Assembly (NCBI GenBank): GCA_003598025.1
Contig: QZKH01000002.1
Location: forward strand, 206,206-270,205
Origin: Candidatus Omnitrophota bacterium
Lineage (GTDB): Bacteria; Omnitrophota; Gorgyraeia; Gygaellales; Profunditerraquicolaceae
DNA length: 64,000 nucleotides
Direction of reading: 5' to 3'
Below the pieces are notes generated by a model, which had not been told where the DNA came from, made no database searches, and saw only the letters and a list, made by a program, of their open reading frames with translations. Shown here piece by piece: positions 60,297 to 64,000 of this stretch (within the stretch, counting starts at the first letter, position 1; each line of letters starts with the position of its first letter). The translations under genes and the position numbers were made by a program.

Positions 60297-61226
60297 ATGA
60301 GCAATATAAAGAAGGTTAAAACATACTCCATAAAGAAGCGTTTCAGCAAGGTAAAGGCAGGGGATTTTGCCAAGGCTCCGGCAAAAAACAAGTCCTTTGC
60401 CCGCTTCTATGAGTCTATGCCGGATATCCTTAAGGCCAAGGATTTAAGGGCGGTTGTAGATGCGGTAGTGGCAGCCCGGCGCAAGAAAAAAAGCGTAATA
60501 TTAATGGCCGGCGCGCACGTTATTAAATGCGGGCTTAACCCGGTTATCGTCGAGCTTCTTAAGAAGAAGGCCGTATCTTGCGTATGTTTAAACGGCGCAG
60601 GGATAATCCATGATTTTGAGCTGGCTTACCAGGCTAAAACCTCCGAAGATGTAGGCGAAGCCTTAAGAACGGGTAGTTTTGGCATGGGCAGAGAGACTGC
60701 TGAGTTCATCAATCAGGCAGTTTTAGATGGAGTTTGCGCAGGCAAAGGCCTGGGTAATTCTGTGGGCATGGCAATAACCAAAGCCAAGCTACCGCATAGG
60801 GATTTGAGCCTGTTATACAATGCCTATAAATCCAATATTCCGGTTTGCGTATTCGTTGCAATCGGAACTGACATAATACACCAGCACCCTTCGTTTAACC
60901 CGGCTTTAACCGGTGAGGCAAGCTATCGGGATTTTGCCACTTTAGTATATGAGATCAAATCCCTAAATAACGGAGGTGTATTGCTGAATTTCGGCTCGGC
61001 AGTTATCATGCCTGAGGTGTTTTTAAAAGCGCTTAACCTGACCCGCAACTTAGGGCATAAGGCGCAGAATTTTACAACCGCAAATTTTGATATGATACAC
61101 CATTACCGGCCGCATCAGAATATCGTTACGCGCCCGGTTGAGGCAGGCGGCAAAGGCTACTATATTATCGGCCACCATGAAATAATGCTTCCGCTCTTTG
61201 CCCAGGCCGTCTTAGAAAAGATATGA
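60297..61226 (+). CDS. Conserved hypothetical protein, deoxyhypusine-synthase-like fold (tentative)
   Basis: MAGAHVIKCGL, NGAGIIHDFE, IGTDIIH, GSAVIMPEVFLKA, GHHEIMLP. Confidence 0.7.
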   Translation: MSNIKKVKTYSIKKRFSKVKAGDFAKAPAKNKSFARFYESMPDILKAKDLRAVVDAVVAARRKKKSVILMAGAHVIKCGLNPVIVELLKKKAVSCVCLNGAGIIHDFELAYQAKTSEDVGEALRTGSFGMGRETAEFINQAVLDGVCAGKGLGNSVGMAITKAKLPHRDLSLLYNAYKSNIPVCVFVAIGTDIIHQHPSFNPALTGEASYRDFATLVYEIKSLNNGGVLLNFGSAVIMPEVFLKALNLTRNLGHKAQNFTTANFDMIHHYRPHQNIVTRPVEAGGKGYYIIGHHEIMLPLFAQAVLEKI

Positions 61227-62242
61227 AAGAATTTGATAAGTTAATAAAAGATTTCAGAAAGGCGCGCATCCTTGTAATCGGCGATTTGATACTTGATGAA
61301 TACATCTGGGGAGATGTAAGCCGGATATCCCCGGAAGCGCCGGTACCGGTAGTGTGGGCAAAGAAGAGGAATTTTATGCCCGGGGGAGCGGCAAATGTCG
61401 CATCCAACATCGTTTCCCTTGGCGCAAAAGTATGCCTCTTAGGCGTAATCGGCGATTATGCAAGCGCAGACACCATGCTTACGGAGTTAAAAAAGAGAAA
61501 GATACCCACAGGCACTGTCTTTATTGACAGGCACAGGCACACGACATTAAAGACCCGGATTATCGCCGGCCACCAGCAGATAGTGCGCGTTGACTGGGAG
61601 GATACGCACCCGGTGCCAAAGAAGATAAACGATAAGATAATAAATTTTGTCACAAAGAACATAGATAAATTTGACGCAGTCATCATTGAAGATTACGGTA
61701 AGGGCGTAATAAACATCGAGCTCCTTGAAAAGGTAGTCAAGCTTGGCGCAAAAAAGAAGAAGGTGATCACTGTTGATCCTAAGGAAGAGCATTTCCAGTA
61801 TTACCGCGGGGTTACTTCAATCACACCCAACAGGCGCGAGCTTGAGAACGCAGTAAGGAACTTAAAGATCAAAGATACTTCCAACAAGTTTAAGATCTGC
61901 GACGATAAATTATTCAGCGATAAAGAGATTGAGAATGCCGCCCGCCAGATACTAAAATACCTCGGCTTAGATTCCATACTGGTCACTCTGGGCGAGAACG
62001 GGATGTGGCTTTTTGAGAATAACGGCCATGATGTAAAGATACCGACTGTGGCGCAGGAGGTATTTGATGTATCGGGCGCAGGCGATGCGGTTATCGCCTG
62101 TTTTACGCTTGCCTTAGCAAGCGGGGCGCAAAAGAAAAAAGCAGCGGCTTTAGCAAACATCGCCGCAGGCATTGTAGTCGGAAAACTGGGCACAGTCCCG
62201 GTGACTAAAGAAGAACTTTTACAGAAAATACATAAGCTTTGA
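61223..62242 (+). CDS. rfaE1: Heptose-7-phosphate kinase (RfaE domain I)
   Basis: GDLILDEY, RISPEAPVPV, GGAANVA, DYGKG, VFDVSGAGD. Confidence 0.93.
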   Translation: MKEFDKLIKDFRKARILVIGDLILDEYIWGDVSRISPEAPVPVVWAKKRNFMPGGAANVASNIVSLGAKVCLLGVIGDYASADTMLTELKKRKIPTGTVFIDRHRHTTLKTRIIAGHQQIVRVDWEDTHPVPKKINDKIINFVTKNIDKFDAVIIEDYGKGVINIELLEKVVKLGAKKKKVITVDPKEEHFQYYRGVTSITPNRRELENAVRNLKIKDTSNKFKICDDKLFSDKEIENAARQILKYLGLDSILVTLGENGMWLFENNGHDVKIPTVAQEVFDVSGAGDAVIACFTLALASGAQKKKAAALANIAAGIVVGKLGTVPVTKEELLQKIHKL

Positions 62243-62267
62243 GAATAGAAAGGCAGAAGGTGCTTAA

Positions 62268-63008
62268 ATGGATGTAGTCGGCGTAATCCCGGCAAGGTTT
62301 TCATCAACGCGCTTTGAAGGAAAAGTTTTGGCAGATATTGCAGGAAAGCCCATGATACAGCATGTCTGGGAGCGCGCAAAGCAAGCGCTTATCCTTGATG
62401 AACTGATTATTGCCTGTGACGATGAGAGGATACAGGAAGCGGTAAAGGAATTCGGCGCTAAGGCGGTTATGACATCAAAGAGCCATTCCTGCGGCACAGA
62501 CAGGATAATCGAGGTGATAAACCCGCTTGATGTAAAAGTGGTGATCAATATCCAAGCAGATGAGCCGCTTATCAATCCTATGATGATTGATATGGCAGCC
62601 CGGGCGATATTGGATGACGAAAATGTCCATATGTCGACGATCTGCAAAAAAATAGAGGACCCGGAGCTGATAAATGACCCGAATGTGGTAAAGGTGGTAA
62701 TGGATAAAAACGGCTTTGCCCTGTATTTCTCAAGGGCGGCTATCCCGCATTGCGGCCATGATAATGAAGGCGTCTGCATTGATTACTACAAGCATATAGG
62801 CTTATACGGATATACAAAAGACTTTTTATTCACTTATAAAAATTTACCGCAGTCCTGCCTTGAGAAGTGCGAGCGCTTAGAGCAGCTGCGCGTGTTAGAG
62901 CACGGCTTCCGCATCAAGGTAGTTGAGACTAAATTTGATACTTTAGGGGTAGATACCCCCGAAGATTTACAGAGGGTGAGAGATTACCTGAAAAACCAGG
63001 AGAACTGA
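62268..63008 (+). CDS. kdsB: CMP-Kdo synthetase
   Basis: IPARFSSTRFEGK, GTDR, NIQADEP, ALYFSR, LEQLR, VDTPED. Confidence 0.96.
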   Translation: MDVVGVIPARFSSTRFEGKVLADIAGKPMIQHVWERAKQALILDELIIACDDERIQEAVKEFGAKAVMTSKSHSCGTDRIIEVINPLDVKVVINIQADEPLINPMMIDMAARAILDDENVHMSTICKKIEDPELINDPNVVKVVMDKNGFALYFSRAAIPHCGHDNEGVCIDYYKHIGLYGYTKDFLFTYKNLPQSCLEKCERLEQLRVLEHGFRIKVVETKFDTLGVDTPEDLQRVRDYLKNQEN

Positions 63009-63820
63009 TGCCGCAAGTAGAGGTTAATAAAATAAAGATAGGCCATGGCAACCCTTTAGTTTTAATCGCCGGCCCATGCGTCATTGAAAATGCCAAAGAC
63101 TGCATGGACGCGGCAAAGAGATTAAAGGAGATAGCCAAAAAGCATAAGCTCGGGTTGATTTTTAAATCCAGCTTTGATAAAGCTAACCGTCTTTCCGGGG
63201 ATTCTTTCCGCGGTCCGGGTCTTGTTAAAGGCTTAGAGATCTTAAGCCGGATAAAGAAAGAGGTAAATGTCCCGATACTGACTGATGTGCATTGCGCCCA
63301 CGATGTAGACAGGGTCGCAGAGGTCGCTGATGTGATACAGATCCCCGCGTTTTTATGCCGCCAGACAAATATTGTCGTTAAGGCAGCAAAGAGCGGCAGG
63401 GTTGTAAACATCAAAAAAGGCCAGTTTCTTGCCCCTTGGGATATGGCCCCGATAATAAAAAAGATAGAGGAAGCCGGCAGCAAAAAGATTTTGATTACCG
63501 AAAGAGGGGTTTCTTTCGGGTATAATAATTTAGTCACGGATTTCCGCGCGCTTGCGATAATGCGCGCTTTCGGTTACCCGGTCATCTTTGATGCCACCCA
63601 CAGCATACAGATACCCGGAGGGAAAGGGAGCTGTTCAGGTGGCCAGAGCGAATTTGTTGACGGATTGTCACGCGCGGCAGTTGCTTTTGGCTGTGACGGG
63701 ATATTCTTAGAGGTGCATCAGAACCCGAAAGCCGCACTCTGTGACGGGCTAAACATGATAGATTTTAAACAGCTGGATAAATTGCTTGCCCAATTAAAGA
63801 AAATAGAGGAAGTATTATGA
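63008..63820 (+). CDS. kdsA: Kdo-8-phosphate synthase
   Basis: IAGPCVIE, FDKANR, QIPAFLCRQT, KKGQF, FDATHS. Confidence 0.97.
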   Translation: MPQVEVNKIKIGHGNPLVLIAGPCVIENAKDCMDAAKRLKEIAKKHKLGLIFKSSFDKANRLSGDSFRGPGLVKGLEILSRIKKEVNVPILTDVHCAHDVDRVAEVADVIQIPAFLCRQTNIVVKAAKSGRVVNIKKGQFLAPWDMAPIIKKIEEAGSKKILITERGVSFGYNNLVTDFRALAIMRAFGYPVIFDATHSIQIPGGKGSCSGGQSEFVDGLSRAAVAFGCDGIFLEVHQNPKAALCDGLNMIDFKQLDKLLAQLKKIEEVL

Positions 63821-64000
63821 AGAGGCATTCGGTAGAAAAAATAGCAAAGGATGTTTTGACTATAGAGGCGCAGGCAGTAAGCGCTTTAAAGAGCAGGATA
63901 GGCGCGGATTTTAAGAAGGCGTTTAATATTTTGTTTAAGACAAAAGGAAGGGTGGTAGTAAGCGGTATAGGAAAAACCGGAATTATCGGGCAAAAATTTT
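63817..64000 (+). CDS. kdsD: Arabinose-5-phosphate isomerase (KpsF/GutQ), 5' part
   Basis: My translation from ATG 63817 (ATGA overlap): MKRHSVEKIAKDVLTIEAQAV...KGRVVVSGIGKTGIIGQKF. Confidence 0.88.
   Translation, partial: MKRHSVEKIAKDVLTIEAQAVSALKSRIGADFKKAFNILFKTKGRVVVSGIGKTGIIGQKF

Overview
A 64-kb bacterial chromosomal segment, almost entirely on the + strand and mostly housekeeping: eno (partial), ftsB-like, tRNA-fMet, a purine cluster (purB, purSL, LOG, purQ, two purF, purM, purD, purE), tsaC-LMW phosphatase/rpiB/glyA/nrdR, a CCA-type enzyme, aroC/aroK, dprA-topA-xerC, waaA, pyk, a GH94 phosphorylase and a long LPS/Kdo cluster (lpxK, acyltransferase-ELM1, GT4/GT9, rfaE1, kdsB, kdsA, kdsD partial). 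Gene style and fusions suggest a diderm PVC-like organism, possibly Candidatus Omnitrophota (inference only). Two things stand out. (1) A family of 7-8-bp tandem micro-repeat arms (GTTCAYR and relatives) with recurring ATTAG/CTAAT ends. They form nested inverted pairs at gene boundaries, either empty or enclosing AT-rich cargo genes, including a ~125-bp modular inverted repeat around a trypsin-like protease cassette. Related arrays are also inserted in frame in purL, purQ, purD and topA. No transposase is present in the window. (2) A 1046-aa EF-G with an N-terminal transmembrane helix, a coiled coil and an acidic linker. All product calls come from motif recognition by eye; no database search was run.
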